64,000 bases of DNA, from contig CAVPOC010000006.1 of the NCBI GenBank assembly GCA_963706955.1, positions 160,001 to 224,000 of the forward strand, given 5' to 3'. A model generated the notes under the pieces. That model worked only from the letters and a program-made list of their open reading frames with translations. It made no database searches and was not told where the DNA came from. The translations under genes were made by a program, and so were the position numbers. Origin of the DNA: an uncultured Verrucomicrobiae bacterium. GTDB taxonomy: Bacteria; Verrucomicrobiota; Verrucomicrobiia; Chthoniobacterales; Terrimicrobiaceae. Of this stretch, positions 20,235 to 31,332 are shown piece by piece; within the stretch, counting starts at the first letter, position 1, and each line of letters opens with the position of its first letter.

Positions 20235-21270
20235 GTGTCCAGCTCGACAAACACCAATACGCCAATTCCCAGGCAGCCGATCGGTGCGACGTTCATTGTC
20301 GCAATCGGCGTGCTCGGGGCGGTGGCGATCATTCAATTTGTCGCCGTGGCGTGGCACTATATTCCGCTCCTGCGTCAGCAGGCGACACAGCCGGCCGGAG
20401 CGCAGCCTCTCGCTCAGAGCGCTGCTGTCGCCGCCGCGCAGCCTACTCCGCAGTCTACGCCGACTCCATCAGCCGAAATGCACAAAGCGCAGAAGCTAAT
20501 AGCTGAGGCAGATCGGAGCTTACGGGTGGGGGACTTTGAAAATGGCTTAAAGGTGCTAGATGAATTAGGCAAACTGATGCCTGGCGACCCAACGGTGCTG
20601 TTGCGCAAAGCACAGGTCTTGGAGCGTCTCGATCAACCCGCGGAAGCGGTGCTGCTGCTTGAGGAAGCCTTGAAGTATCCGGGGTCTTCCGCAGGAAGTG
20701 CGAGCCCAGACACAGGCTAAGATCGACCAACTCTCCCAGACGCTGGCTGCCCGACCGGGCACAAGCCCGGCCCCCGAGGTGGCCCCTGCTCTACCTGAGG
20801 GGGGAGGAGCAGATATTCGCGACGACATTGGTCTGCAGCCCGGCGCCAGTCTCGGCATTGTTGATGCGCGTCTTCGAGAGGGCAAACCCGGCACCAAATC
20901 CTTGATGCTCGCGGTGAAGTCTGGCCCCGGCTCCTCTATCAATGTGCAGGATGTCAAGATTCACGTGTATTTCTACGAGCAGACGGAAGACGGAGAGGTG
21001 GCGCTGACCGAATCGAAGGTCGTTCCGCAATGGCTAAGCCCGCCAGTCGACTGGAGTTCCAACGAACCTGAATTACTTGAGGTGCAATACACCCTGCCTG
21101 ACAGTGGCCTGCCCGGCAGCGCGGTCGAGAACGGAGCGACCGGGAGAAAATTCTTCGGGTACATTATGGGGGTATATTACAATAACGAATTGCAGGACTT
21201 CCGTGCCGATCCTGCCAGCATTGCCAAGGACTTTCCGCTTCAGTTGTATCTCAAGGAAAGCGGGGAATGA
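20235..21270 (+). CDS. Membrane-anchored TPR-containing protein (frameshift at G-run ~20681)
   Basis: ORFs 20235..20720 (TM, Pro/Ala linker, TPR-like helices) and 20698..21270 (beta-rich domain) join if one G is removed from GGGG (…YPGLPQEVRAQTQ…). Confidence 0.7.
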
Positions 21271-23503
21271 AGATCTTAATCGTCGATGACGAGCCTGGCC
21301 TCGCTGTCGGTCTGGCAGCGTGGCTGGAGGAAAGCGGTTGGGGCACACTTGGCGTGGCCACGACCAGTGACGAGGCGGTGGAATGGATCAACCGCAACGG
21401 GAATGTCGATGTCCTGGTTTGCGATGTCGTGCTCAAGCCTCTCGACGGATTTACGCTCCGCGAGAGCATTCAGCCGCATCTGCCGAAGATGCAGACTATT
21501 TTCATCTCCGGGTATGATCTTTCGGAGCACGCCGCGCGCATGCACGGATGTCACTTCCTTCCGAAGCCGGTTAGTGGCGAGTCGCTCGACGACGCGCTTC
21601 GGAGTCTGTTTAAGTCTCAGGGGGAGCCGACCCTGGTTCAGCCGGCACCTATCGTCCGCGTGGTCTCGGGATCCGCTCCTGCGCGTCTGGTCAGGGCAAC
21701 TCCAAGGCCGGATGCCGTGGCGACCGCAAACGGAGCTGGCGCTAACGCTGGCAAGTCAGTGCAGGCGCTGGGCGACCGTCGAGTCGAGCGAAACTCCTCG
21801 GGCCGGAGTCGCAAAGGGCTTCTATCCCATCGCTAAGAAACCGGTTCAGATGCGCGAGAAGCAAGTGCTTCCAGCCGACGACCTGGTAGGCGTCGATATC
21901 GGAAACTATCATCTCGAGGCAAGGCTCGAAGAAGGAGAATACGGTCCAATCTATCAGGCCATTCAAAAGAATATGGGACGCAAGGTTCGTCTCTATACGC
22001 TGGACAGGAAGTCAGCCCAACGAGAGTTCAGAAATCGAGCGTTTCATGGCGAACGCGAGCGCAAAAGCAAACGTTCAACACCCTTATGTCGCCGCTGTCT
22101 ATGAGGCCGGTGAAGATAGCGGCGTATACTTTTACTCCGGCGAATTCGTTCCGGGTCGTTCTTTGCAGGCGGTTCGTGAAGCTGGTGATTTCCTGGACGA
22201 GGGAACGGCCCTTCAAGTGATCAGAGTTGCCAGCGAGACGTTGGCTTACTTTTCTCGCGAGAGCATTGGCCACACCGCTCTTTCGCCAAGTTGCCTGCTT
22301 ATATCTCCGAACGGTCGAGTTCGACTGGCAAACATTGCCACGCATAAAGTCGATGCGACGTCTGCGAGAGCGGAGGAAATGCGCGACTTGGGACGAATCG
22401 TCGCTGGCGTGCTTTCGGGATCGCCGCAGAAACTTGGTGTGCGGCGTTTGGCCAACTCTTTGGCGTCCGGGGAAACTGCCTACGCGGATTGGAACGGCTT
22501 GTTGCAGCAAATCGCCTTGATGGAACCGGCAGCCACTCCCGAAGATGCTTACAAACTTGACGCTCAGGAGCGAACAGCCACTCGTGTCATTCAGGCGGCG
22601 AAAAATCGGCAGCGAAGAAGCATGATCGCGAGTTCCGCGGTCTCACTCTGTTTGCTGGGTCTGGCACTCGGCTTTCTCTGGTGGTTTCTTTTTCGGCCCA
22701 AGGGCGGTGATCTTCGCATCTCCAATCGGATGATCCAAATTCCGGCTGGCGACTTCATTTATCAGAATGGTGAAAAGCTTAGCCTGCCCACGTTTTACAT
22801 CGATGAGTTCGAGGTGACAATTGGACAATACGCTGAGTTTCTTAAGTTCCTTGAGCAGCATCCGGAAGCAGCAGCGAAGTTCGAACACCCCGATCAGCCA
22901 AAAGGCAAGTGGCATCTGCCGGTCGAATGGGCCGACGAAACTCTGGCGACTGGACCGATGCCAGGTTATTACACCAGAGCTAAGCAATGGGGCAGATTTC
23001 GTGATGCTGCCCTCGACGTAAATTGCCCGGTCTTTGGGGTCGATTGGTTCGATGCCTATGCTTACGCTAAGTGGAAGGGCCGGAGGCTGCCCACCGAGCA
23101 GGAATGGGAAAAAGCCGCCCGCGGAACGAAAGGGTTTAAGTATCCATGGGGGAGTGAAGCCGACCTAACCAAGTCAAACAATGGAAACGATCTGGATCCA
23201 AATCCCCAGCGGGGTGGGGAAAAGGACGGTTACAAGAGGTGGTCGCCGGTCGATGCCAAAATGGAGGACAAAAGTCCGCTCGGGGTTGTCGGACTTGCGG
23301 GAAATGTTTCTGAATGGACAGCTTCGTCCGGTGAGGATCCCCGGATGCAAGGAAACAAGATACCCGTCATCCGTGGCGGAAATTGGAAGAACCCGGACTA
23401 TAGCATCACGCGCCGCGTTCTCCTGCTGACGAGCTTGCAAGCTGACGATGCGCTGGGTTTCAGGACAGCGTCCGATTCCCCGCCAGAGCGGACCGCGAAA
23501 TGA
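21267..23503 (+). CDS. Fusion: response-regulator receiver + degenerate Ser/Thr kinase-like domain + TM + FGE-sulfatase (SUMF1-like) domain; two frameshifts
   Basis: REC (ILIVDDE, VCDVV, ISG, LPKP). Kinase-like segment (IGNYHLEARL, VQHPYVAAVYEAG, EFVPGRSL) spans three frames. TM LCLLGLALGFLWWFLF. FGE motifs FYIDEFEVT, VDWFDAYAYAKW, RLPTEQEWEKAARG, GNVSEW and GFR. Confidence 0.8.
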
Positions 23504-24540
23504 GGAGAGCTGTCCGCGAGAGATCCGCGCCTACCCTTGCCGGACTTGCCTCAGGCGAGTCTGAAAGAATCGAGAAACTCACCCGGAGCGCGCACCTCCT
23601 CGGTGGTCACACGACTTGGCAAGGCCTTGGCTTAGGGTTGTTGCTTGGCCTCGTGCTGCTGGTCCCCGCCACCGCCCAGGTGCAGGTGGACGTCGCCTTG
23701 AAGCGGTCTCTCTACATGGTTTACGAACCGCTGATCTGCAACGTGACGATTACAAATCTAAGTGGAGGCACTCTGACCCTGGCAGACGCTCCTCGTGAGA
23801 AATGGTTTGGGTTTCAAATCGAAACCGTGGATGGCCGGCCTTTGCCGCCGATCAATCCTCAATATCAAAATCAAACGGTCGAAATCGAAGCAGGTCAGAG
23901 GCTCGTGCGGTCCATAAACATTACTCCGCTCTATCCGCTGAGTGAATTTGGCACCTACCGTGTCCGGGCGGTAGTTTATGTATCGCAACTCGGCAAGTAT
24001 TTCGTTTCACCTCAGCTGAACATCGAGATAACCGAAGGGCGCCAGCTGTGGCAGCAGACGGTCGGAGTGCCGGAAGGGCTCGGCCAAGGAAGAGCGCGAA
24101 CATTTACAATCCTGGCGCATCGTCTGCCGCGGACGACAATGCTCTACCTGCGGGTCGAAGACAAGGAGGCAGGAGTCATCTATTGCACGACGCAGGTTGG
24201 ACGTTTCATAACTTTCGCCAGTCCTGACATTGAATTAGATGGCGGAAACCAAATCCACATCCTCCAGAACACCGCTCCAAAGGCATTTTTGTATTCCCAC
24301 TTCGACGTGAATGGAAAGGTGCTCAAACAACAGGCTTACCAGGCTTATGATGCCAGACCTTATCTCGTTAGGAAACCGGATGCTTCGGTAGCAGTGGTCG
24401 GAGGAGTTCCCTATGATCCGAAGGCGCCGCCGCCGGAACAGCAGTTGCCTAAACTCAGTGACCGGCCGATTCCGTTGCCGACACCACAGGTCAAGGCGAA
24501 ACCGGAGGATAAGAGGCCAGAAAATCTACTTTCGCGCTGA
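23500..24540 (+). CDS. Secreted/periplasmic hypothetical protein (beta-rich)
   Basis: ATG overlaps the upstream stop; hydrophobic signal ending ATA-Q; Ig-like beta pattern; Pro-rich tail. Confidence 0.75.
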   Translation: MRRAVRERSAPTLAGLASGESERIEKLTRSAHLLGGHTTWQGLGLGLLLGLVLLVPATAQVQVDVALKRSLYMVYEPLICNVTITNLSGGTLTLADAPREKWFGFQIETVDGRPLPPINPQYQNQTVEIEAGQRLVRSINITPLYPLSEFGTYRVRAVVYVSQLGKYFVSPQLNIEITEGRQLWQQTVGVPEGLGQGRARTFTILAHRLPRTTMLYLRVEDKEAGVIYCTTQVGRFITFASPDIELDGGNQIHILQNTAPKAFLYSHFDVNGKVLKQQAYQAYDARPYLVRKPDASVAVVGGVPYDPKAPPPEQQLPKLSDRPIPLPTPQVKAKPEDKRPENLLSR

Positions 24541-25480
24541 GTTCGGGAACCAGGTAGCGATCAGGATTCTTGATCTGCACCTTGATTTGGAGCGTTCCCT
24601 TCTGCCGATTCGCTTCGGGAGCTATTTCGGCGACATAGCCATCATAAACATGCGATGGGTACGCTTCCGGTGCAACGCGGCAGGGTTGACCCAGCCATAC
24701 TTTCGAAAGATCGCTCTCGTTGAGATCGATCTCGACTTGAAGATCTTGCGGATCGGCAACGGCTAGCAGGGCGGTGCTGGGCCCCTTGTCGCCTCCAAAG
24801 CTTTGGGGAGAGACAAGCTCGTTTTCGTCAGCGAGTTTCTCAAGAACCACCCCGTCGATCGGAGAGCGAATAACAGTCCAAGCCAATTGCCAGCGAGCGA
24901 AGTCCAGCAAGCCTTGGGCCTCACGGAGTCCAGCGTCAGCGCCGGTGAGTTCAGCCTGGGCGTCGTCGAGTTGCTGCGCGGATTCGACGCGTTGCTCACG
25001 CAGAGTTTTGAGGCGATTGAAGCGTGTCCTGGCAATTTGGAGGGCCGCTTGAGCACGGGCGATTCGACCTTCGGCTTCGGTGACGCGGGCGCGCTGCTCG
25101 GAATCATCAAGTAGGACGACGACTTGGCCCTTTTTGACGGGATCGCCTTTCTTCGCCCCAATCCAGCGAACAATGCCCACGAAACGTGGGCTCAATTCGA
25201 TTCGCTCGCGGTTTATGATGTAACCGCTAGTCGTCAACAGGATGCCCGTTTGATCCGGTGGGGAAGGCGAGGCGACCGGGCTCGGAGCCGAGGAGGAGTC
25301 GGCCTGGGACGGTTGAGTCTGCGAGACCAGGCGCTTGGAATCGGAAACACGCGGCCAGGCAAACCAGGCTGCCGCTACCAAGATGAACGCGATCGCCAAA
25401 AAGATAAGTATCGCATGGGAGCCTCTTGAAGAACGCTGCTCCCGAGGGATGCGAAGTTTCTCAAGATCGTCGCGTTTCAT
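24491..25480 (-). CDS. Efflux periplasmic adaptor (MacA/HlyD-like)
   Basis: TM anchor, KKGDPVKKGQV, IRSPIDGVV and APEANRQKGT. Confidence 0.92.
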   Translation of the reverse strand: MKRDDLEKLRIPREQRSSRGSHAILIFLAIAFILVAAAWFAWPRVSDSKRLVSQTQPSQADSSSAPSPVASPSPPDQTGILLTTSGYIINRERIELSPRFVGIVRWIGAKKGDPVKKGQVVVLLDDSEQRARVTEAEGRIARAQAALQIARTRFNRLKTLREQRVESAQQLDDAQAELTGADAGLREAQGLLDFARWQLAWTVIRSPIDGVVLEKLADENELVSPQSFGGDKGPSTALLAVADPQDLQVEIDLNESDLSKVWLGQPCRVAPEAYPSHVYDGYVAEIAPEANRQKGTLQIKVQIKNPDRYLVPELSAKVDFLASYPPVSP

Positions 25481-25506
25481 GCCTTAGACACAATCCGATA
25501 TTTGCG

Positions 25507-26667
25507 TTAGATCGCTTTGAGCGCAGAGATGACCGGCAATCTGGCTGCTCGGATCGCCGGCAGCAAGCTGCCGATTAGACCGACCACAATCGAAAAAGCC
25601 ATTCCTTGCACGATCAGCATCGGCGTAATCCGAAAATCGAATACGGTTTCACTAAACGTCTCAAAGCTTAGGGTTCCGACACTCCAGCCGTTGAAGACAA
25701 GAGAGAAGATGCATCCGAGGACTCCACCGATAAGGGCGAGGAGAGCTCCTTCGAGGAGAAAACCAACGAGGATGCTCTTCCTTCTGTATCCAAGAACTCG
25801 CAGTGTTCCGATCTCTCGCGTGCGGGCTCCGACAGCTGCATACATAGTGTTCATCGCCGAGAAGACCGCGCCGATGGACATGGTACTCGCCAGAAAGCTG
25901 CCGAGAATTTTAATCAGTCTCACGGCGCCGATCTGCTCCTTATAATATTCAACCTCCGGCAATGCTCGCATCTTAAACCGCTTATCATTCTCCAACTGAG
26001 CGACAATCCTTTCACGGGCTTCACTGTTCTCCGGTCGCAAGAGAACGCTCGAATAGTTTTCCCGGTCGAAGATCGAGCGCGCTTCATTCGCATCCATCCA
26101 AATCTCGGAATCGAAAGCGCTTCGCCCGGCGTCAAAAAAACCGACAATCGTGAGTGTGGCCGGTCCGGTGGTAAAGGACTGTCCGATTTGCATCTCAGCG
26201 AGGCGCGCGGCAAGGCGCTCACTGATGACGACTTCGCGCCTTCCTGGAGTGAACCAACGGCCCTGGGTGAGCTGAACCTGAGGTCGGAGAAGCGCTCCCA
26301 TTGGAGAGACTCCCCGAACGATCGCATTGGCTTCACCCCCTCCGACGCGGGGGACATTGATCACCAAGCTCAAGTCGCTTGATGCCAGAGGCACACCCGC
26401 GGAGTCACGCTCGATTCCCTCAACGTAACGGATGATCCGATATTGTTCGGAGGTGATCTGACTGGTCGACTCTGCAGTGGCGCCGCGACGGACAACGAGG
26501 AGGTTCCGAGGGTCCCCCGTGTTTCCACTTGATTTTTCCAAACCAACGGCGAGCGACTGGATGACCACATAAACAGCCACGACCAGCGCGGTGCAAAGAA
26601 CCGTTGCCAGGGTGGCACGCCAACGAACGAGAACGCTGCGAAGATTATAAGTGAGCGGCAGTTTCAT
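25507..26667 (-). CDS. ABC exporter permease (FtsX/MacB-like)
   Basis: MNTMYAAVGARTREIGTLRVLGY and LLPAIRAARL FtsX signatures. Confidence 0.92.
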   Translation of the reverse strand: MKLPLTYNLRSVLVRWRATLATVLCTALVVAVYVVIQSLAVGLEKSSGNTGDPRNLLVVRRGATAESTSQITSEQYRIIRYVEGIERDSAGVPLASSDLSLVINVPRVGGGEANAIVRGVSPMGALLRPQVQLTQGRWFTPGRREVVISERLAARLAEMQIGQSFTTGPATLTIVGFFDAGRSAFDSEIWMDANEARSIFDRENYSSVLLRPENSEARERIVAQLENDKRFKMRALPEVEYYKEQIGAVRLIKILGSFLASTMSIGAVFSAMNTMYAAVGARTREIGTLRVLGYRRKSILVGFLLEGALLALIGGVLGCIFSLVFNGWSVGTLSFETFSETVFDFRITPMLIVQGMAFSIVVGLIGSLLPAIRAARLPVISALKAI

Positions 26668-26693
26668 GGCGATGCGAGATGTCGTGTTCCAGA

Positions 26694-27827
26694 TCAATCG
26701 AGCGTCTTCAACCCTTCGACGACGCTCATGCGGGTAACCGACCAGGCGGGAGCAAGCATCGAGATGATTCCGAGCAACCCTCCGATCAAGAAGGCGAGCG
26801 CGGAGATGCGGGGAGTCAGCTCAAAGACAGGGAAAAAGGCGAATTTTCCCGAACTAAAGAGAATGGCGGCCCCGCCGATACCAATGACTGCTCCGGCGAA
26901 AGCCAACCCGAAACTTTCGGCGAGGATGCAAGCCACGAGCTGGTGACGGCGAAATCCGAGCGCCTTCAAGACCGCAAGCTCGCGAAAGCGTTCTCGAATG
27001 GCCATGCTCATGGTGCTAGCCGTGACGAGCGCCAGCGTGAAGACAACAACGGTGCAAATGGAGTTGATCAACAGACTGATGTTTCCCCACATCGAGACAA
27101 AACTCATCTGAAACGCACGCTCCGTCTCGGCGCGGACTTCGGCGGAAGTGTTGGCAAAGGCGGCATTGATCCGCTGAAGAAGATCCGGGACCACCTCGGC
27201 GCTCTCGGCTCGGAGCCACCACATGCCCACCTGGCCCCAATTCTTCATGGCCTCGTCGAAATACTTCTGATGAAACCACATGTTGGTATCATCGATCGTG
27301 CCTTCGTAGATTCCGGCGATGCGAAGCTGGAGGTCGACCGGATAAATTGTTCCGACGAGGGTGACTCGGTCGCCTACCTTGAGGCCATAGCGCTGGGCAG
27401 TGTCCTTGCCGACGATGCACGCGTCTCGAGCGCGTTTCCATTCCTCCAGCTGATCAGCCGGGATTTTGGCCTCGCCAAAGAGTTGCAGAAACTTCTCCGG
27501 ATCGACGGCAAACTGTGCAAAGCCGAGACTGTCATCATCTTTGAACTTTCCTCCGAAAAAGGTGAAGGGGGTGACGGCGGCGACCCCGGGCATTCGCGAA
27601 ATGACTGAAAGTTGTCGAGCGGGTAGAGGGTTGGCCAGGGAAATCTTGTTGCGCACGGCGATGCGCAATGAGGCGCTGACATCCTCAGGAGGAATGGTCA
27701 TTTCCCTGATCGCCACCTGCAGTGTCACAAAGAGGAAGAGGCTGATGGCAACGCTGGCGACAGTTAAAAACGAGCGCCGCTTGTTTCGTAGGGCGTTCTT
27801 GAGGATGAATCCACCGAGCGACATCAA
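26694..27827 (-). CDS. ABC exporter permease (FtsX/MacB-like)
   Basis: [10 protein letters not shown] and [21 protein letters not shown]. Confidence 0.92.
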   Translation of the reverse strand: MMSLGGFILKNALRNKRRSFLTVASVAISLFLFVTLQVAIREMTIPPEDVSASLRIAVRNKISLANPLPARQLSVISRMPGVAAVTPFTFFGGKFKDDDSLGFAQFAVDPEKFLQLFGEAKIPADQLEEWKRARDACIVGKDTAQRYGLKVGDRVTLVGTIYPVDLQLRIAGIYEGTIDDTNMWFHQKYFDEAMKNWGQVGMWWLRAESAEVVPDLLQRINAAFANTSAEVRAETERAFQMSFVSMWGNISLLINSICTVVVFTLALVTASTMSMAIRERFRELAVLKALGFRRHQLVACILAESFGLAFAGAVIGIGGAAILFSSGKFAFFPVFELTPRISALAFLIGGLLGIISMLAPAWSVTRMSVVEGLKTLD

Positions 27828-28528
27828 ACGACTCCTTGGACTTCTATTTCCGGAAGCAGGCGTCCTTTCTCGAGATGAAGCGAACGCGTTCCATGGCTGG
27901 CAGCTCTCGGGTCATGGGTGACCATGATGACGGTTTTGCCCACCTCGCAGCTGAGCGCACGCAGGATCTCCAGCACGGCTTCGGCAGAGTTGGCGTCAAG
28001 ATTTCCGGTCGGTTCATCGGCGACGATCAAATTGGGATCGGTGACAATCGCACGCGCAATGGCGACGCGTTGCTCCTGTCCGCCGGACAATTGCTTCGGC
28101 AGATGATGCGCTCGATCGGAAAGGCCGACCAAGTCAAGGGCGGCAGCGACCATTTCGCCGCGGCGAGATGCGGAGAGTGCAGTCAAAAGGAGCGGAAGTT
28201 CCACGTTCTCCGCGGCCGTCAGGACGGGGATGAGATTGAAGGTTTGAAAGATGAATCCGACGTTTTCATTTCGCCAATCCGCTAGCTCGGATTCGCTTAG
28301 CTTCGCCACATCGACCCCTTGGACATGGCATTCTCCTTCGGTTGGTCGGTCGATACCGGCGATGATGTGAAGCAAAGTCGATTTGCCGGAGCCGGACGGA
28401 CCCATCAAGGCTAGAAACTCACCGCTCTCGATATCGAAGCTTACGTCATCGAGTGCCCGCACCTCTGTCTCGCCTGCCCCATAAATCTTGAAGAGGTGTC
28501 GAATGGAGACGATCGTATTCATTGGCAA
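27824..28528 (-). CDS. ABC transporter ATP-binding protein (LolD/MacB-like)
   Basis: [27 protein letters not shown] and VTHD. Confidence 0.96.
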   Translation of the reverse strand: MPMNTIVSIRHLFKIYGAGETEVRALDDVSFDIESGEFLALMGPSGSGKSTLLHIIAGIDRPTEGECHVQGVDVAKLSESELADWRNENVGFIFQTFNLIPVLTAAENVELPLLLTALSASRRGEMVAAALDLVGLSDRAHHLPKQLSGGQEQRVAIARAIVTDPNLIVADEPTGNLDANSAEAVLEILRALSCEVGKTVIMVTHDPRAASHGTRSLHLEKGRLLPEIEVQGVV

Positions 28529-28653
28529 TTCTGGCTTTAGAAGCTTAGAGCGCGCGCGCGTTCATTCAACGGAGGGTTGAAATTCCCTGGGCGACGCGTT
28601 CGCTCGCGCTGGCGGAGCTTCGCCAAGCTGCGCTCGGGCAGAGGGCCCTTTGG

Positions 28654-29130
28654 TTAGGATGGCGGCTGAAGCATGCGCACCTTCGGATCGCGCTGGCGTT
28701 CCAGCTGGTAGATATTTGGCGGCTTGATCGACCTCACTTCAGCTCCTAGCAAAATGAACTCAGGGTAAAATCCATTGCTGGCAGGCTCATAGACGGTATC
28801 GCCGGAAAAGTATCCGGCAAGGCGGTACTCGTAATCGTTATCGGTCCCGAGCTTTCCTTGGGCGCGATCAGGGGCAAGCTTGCGCTGTTCATTCAACATG
28901 ACGAGGCGGGCTGTGCTCCAAGGCTTGCCCGGCTCCCGCACCCAGCCCCACACCTTGTAGTCCACCTTGTACATGCGACGACCGATAAAGTAATTGCCCG
29001 GAGGTTCGCTGCGGATGGATTGACTTGCGGCGGCGCGCCCTGCCGCGGCGGTATCGATTGTTTCGCAACCTGCTAGCGCGATGAGGCTGAGAGCGATGAC
29101 AAGAACGCTTACTCTCACGAGACGCCGCAT
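28654..29130 (-). CDS. Hypothetical lipoprotein
   Basis: MRRLVRVSVLVIALSLIALAG-C lipobox; aromatic-rich globular body. Confidence 0.75.
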   Translation of the reverse strand: MRRLVRVSVLVIALSLIALAGCETIDTAAAGRAAASQSIRSEPPGNYFIGRRMYKVDYKVWGWVREPGKPWSTARLVMLNEQRKLAPDRAQGKLGTDNDYEYRLAGYFSGDTVYEPASNGFYPEFILLGAEVRSIKPPNIYQLERQRDPKVRMLQPPS

Positions 29131-30041
29131 TTCGCCAAAAACGGTTCGATCCATTCCGCAAGCTCCTCTTCGGTTCTGATCTCGAACTCCTCCGTTAACG
29201 CGAATAGATGCCAGGTCTCGTGGTGATTAGCAGCCTGGCCAGGATTTAAGGTAACCACGGGACCGAGAGTTTCGATTTCCAGGATCTCGGAATCGGCAAA
29301 CGTTTCAAAGTTGCAGCCTCCGTCGGGATAAAGCGCTCCGGGGTCATATTCGAAAGTCTTTATGAATAAGCTATCGCTCAGAACATAGCCAATCCACCTC
29401 TCGCGGTGCGCCAGACCAATCTTGATCGGCGGGTAGTCAGCGGCCTGCCTAAGCAGCCAGAACTTCGTTCCCAGTGTGAGCCTCAAGTCGGAAAGGTCTG
29501 TGTATGCCCAAAGAACAACGCCACGGTTTGGCAAGAGGTCGCGCGGATGCACTCCGAGGGGCGGTTGCGGGATGATCTCGAGCCCTTCCGGCCTCATCAC
29601 CGTCAAGGCCCAAGGCGCGAGGGTAATTGGCAGCTCACCTTCGTTTACGACGGTATGGCGTAAAGAAACGCGTGTGCCTTGGGCGGGGCACAAAATGCCC
29701 AGCGTCTTACGAAGCCGCTGTGGCGTCTCCTGAATGGCTTCGACGACGGTTTCTCCGGAGAAATCGTCGTGACGCCAGTTCGCCGGACCATTGTCAAGAT
29801 GATAGCTGAGCGCCGCATCTTCCGGCGCCAGCCAGAGGCGGTGGCCGCCCCTGGATCGCCATTCGGCTTCCCCGGAAGTGCCGATTTGGTTCTCGAATAT
29901 TTTCAGGGTGTTTTCGCCGAAGGGGGTCTTATAGACGAGAATGCGGGGACCCACATCCGTTGTCACGAGCAACTCGAAATCGTCATTGGCGAGCCGAAGG
30001 GTATTGTTCCAACCTTCATAGGAGATGATCTCAGGATTCAT
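29115..30041 (-). CDS. DUF4380-like / galactose-mutarotase-fold protein
   Basis: LVTTDVGPRI, GGHRLWLAPE, YPDGGCNFE and EIETLGP patterns. Confidence 0.7.
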   Translation of the reverse strand: MNPEIISYEGWNNTLRLANDDFELLVTTDVGPRILVYKTPFGENTLKIFENQIGTSGEAEWRSRGGHRLWLAPEDAALSYHLDNGPANWRHDDFSGETVVEAIQETPQRLRKTLGILCPAQGTRVSLRHTVVNEGELPITLAPWALTVMRPEGLEIIPQPPLGVHPRDLLPNRGVVLWAYTDLSDLRLTLGTKFWLLRQAADYPPIKIGLAHRERWIGYVLSDSLFIKTFEYDPGALYPDGGCNFETFADSEILEIETLGPVVTLNPGQAANHHETWHLFALTEEFEIRTEEELAEWIEPFLAKCGVS

Positions 30042-30284
30042 GAGCAGTCATTTGCGCAGTTATCGACCAGTGACGATCGATTGCAAGAGCGTGAACGTTC
30101 AGCGGACACAGACTCGGTTGTCGCACACTCGAACCTGCATGCGACCAGCCCGCGCCTGCGAGCGTATGACGAATCATGTTGGGGATAAACTCTGCCGCGC
30201 TGTTCGATTTGTGCCAGAGCGGGCGCGAGATGTTGCTGAACAGCGGCAGTAAGCATCATTACTTGGCGATGCGCCAGCGGGAAG

Positions 30285-31332
30285 CTAGGCAGCACGATGT
30301 TGGTGTGTCAAGATCAGTCCTGCCACCTGTCGATTGTAGCCGGTGGTCACAATAAGAGCATTTCCTCCACCCGATTCTTCGAGGGCCAGAACCCCAGTGA
30401 TTATCTGCTGCAATGTCGAGCAGGCGAATGATTCACCGAGGACAGATTTGGGAGTCAAAATCCGTGCGGAGGGAAGATACTTGCCAATGCATTTTCGCTC
30501 CAGCAGATCAAACCGGGTGCCCGAGGCGCAGGAGATAAAGAGGTCAACCGGCGATCGTTGCAGAAGTTCTGTGAGCATTGTCTCGAACTTTTTCTCCGCC
30601 TCAGCCTCTATCGAATAAGAATAGCCGGGATGCGTCGCAGATATTCGGCAGCCATTTGCTTTTCCGGTGAGAACGATGGCGGCTGCTCCTTCGGAAAAGA
30701 CGCAAGCGGAGTTGTTGCCGTCCTGGATGAGGCCCCAGCGGCTGTAGGCCTCACAAGTGATCCAATCGAGCTCCTGAGCCGCAGCGACCAGGCACGACTC
30801 TGCCTCGCCCGCGGCGATCAATTCACACGCGGTTTGGACTGCAGAGAGTCCGGCCGCCGCGTCGCCAACCAGGGTGAGCACTTCGCACTCAAGTCCCAAA
30901 CGCGCGGCAATATGGCTCGCCGGCGCATTGTAAACAGTTTCCGGGAAAAGCAGAGGGCTGCCGGCGCCTTCCCCGCGCTCGACGATTTCCGCGAAGAATT
31001 TCCGCGTATACACCACTCCGCCGTCGGAAGATGCAAACACCAGAGCGGTGCGCTTTAACGCCTCGGGCCCCATCTTTGCGGAAGCCACCGCGTCGACCGA
31101 GGCGGTGACCGCTAGGTGGGAAATGATGCTGGAGCGGCGCAAACGCGGCACCGTCGCCGTCTCCTTAACCGAAGTCATCCGGCACACGAAGCACGGGGAG
31201 GCGTCGTCCATCCACCGGGCTCGTGAGGAGTTCGGGTTTCGCCTGGTTATTCCTGCGAATTGCTGACCAAGTCGAGCGGAGATCGCGTCCCCAAGGGGTA
31301 ACCCAACCCATGCCAGCGATCGCTGCGATCAT
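30285..31332 (-). CDS. Non-catalytic beta-ketoacyl synthase (chain-length-factor-like); frameshift ~31170
   Basis: N-terminus MIAAIAGMGWVTPWG lies in the tail of ORF 31165..32526 and continues in ORF 30285..31211: SPLLFPETVYNAPASH, TLVGDAAAG (no catalytic Cys), SEGAAAIVL, KSVLGES (no His). Confidence 0.8.

Noticed and set aside
28549..28640. (GC)n run and small hairpins between the lipoprotein and ABC ATPase genes
   Set aside because: Short and expected by chance at this GC content; no second copy seen.
30038..30295. 85-aa ORF bridging the CLF and DUF4380-like genes (checked as the missing ACP)
   Set aside because: No DSL phosphopantetheine motif, not acidic, and composition is not protein-like; probably intergenic.
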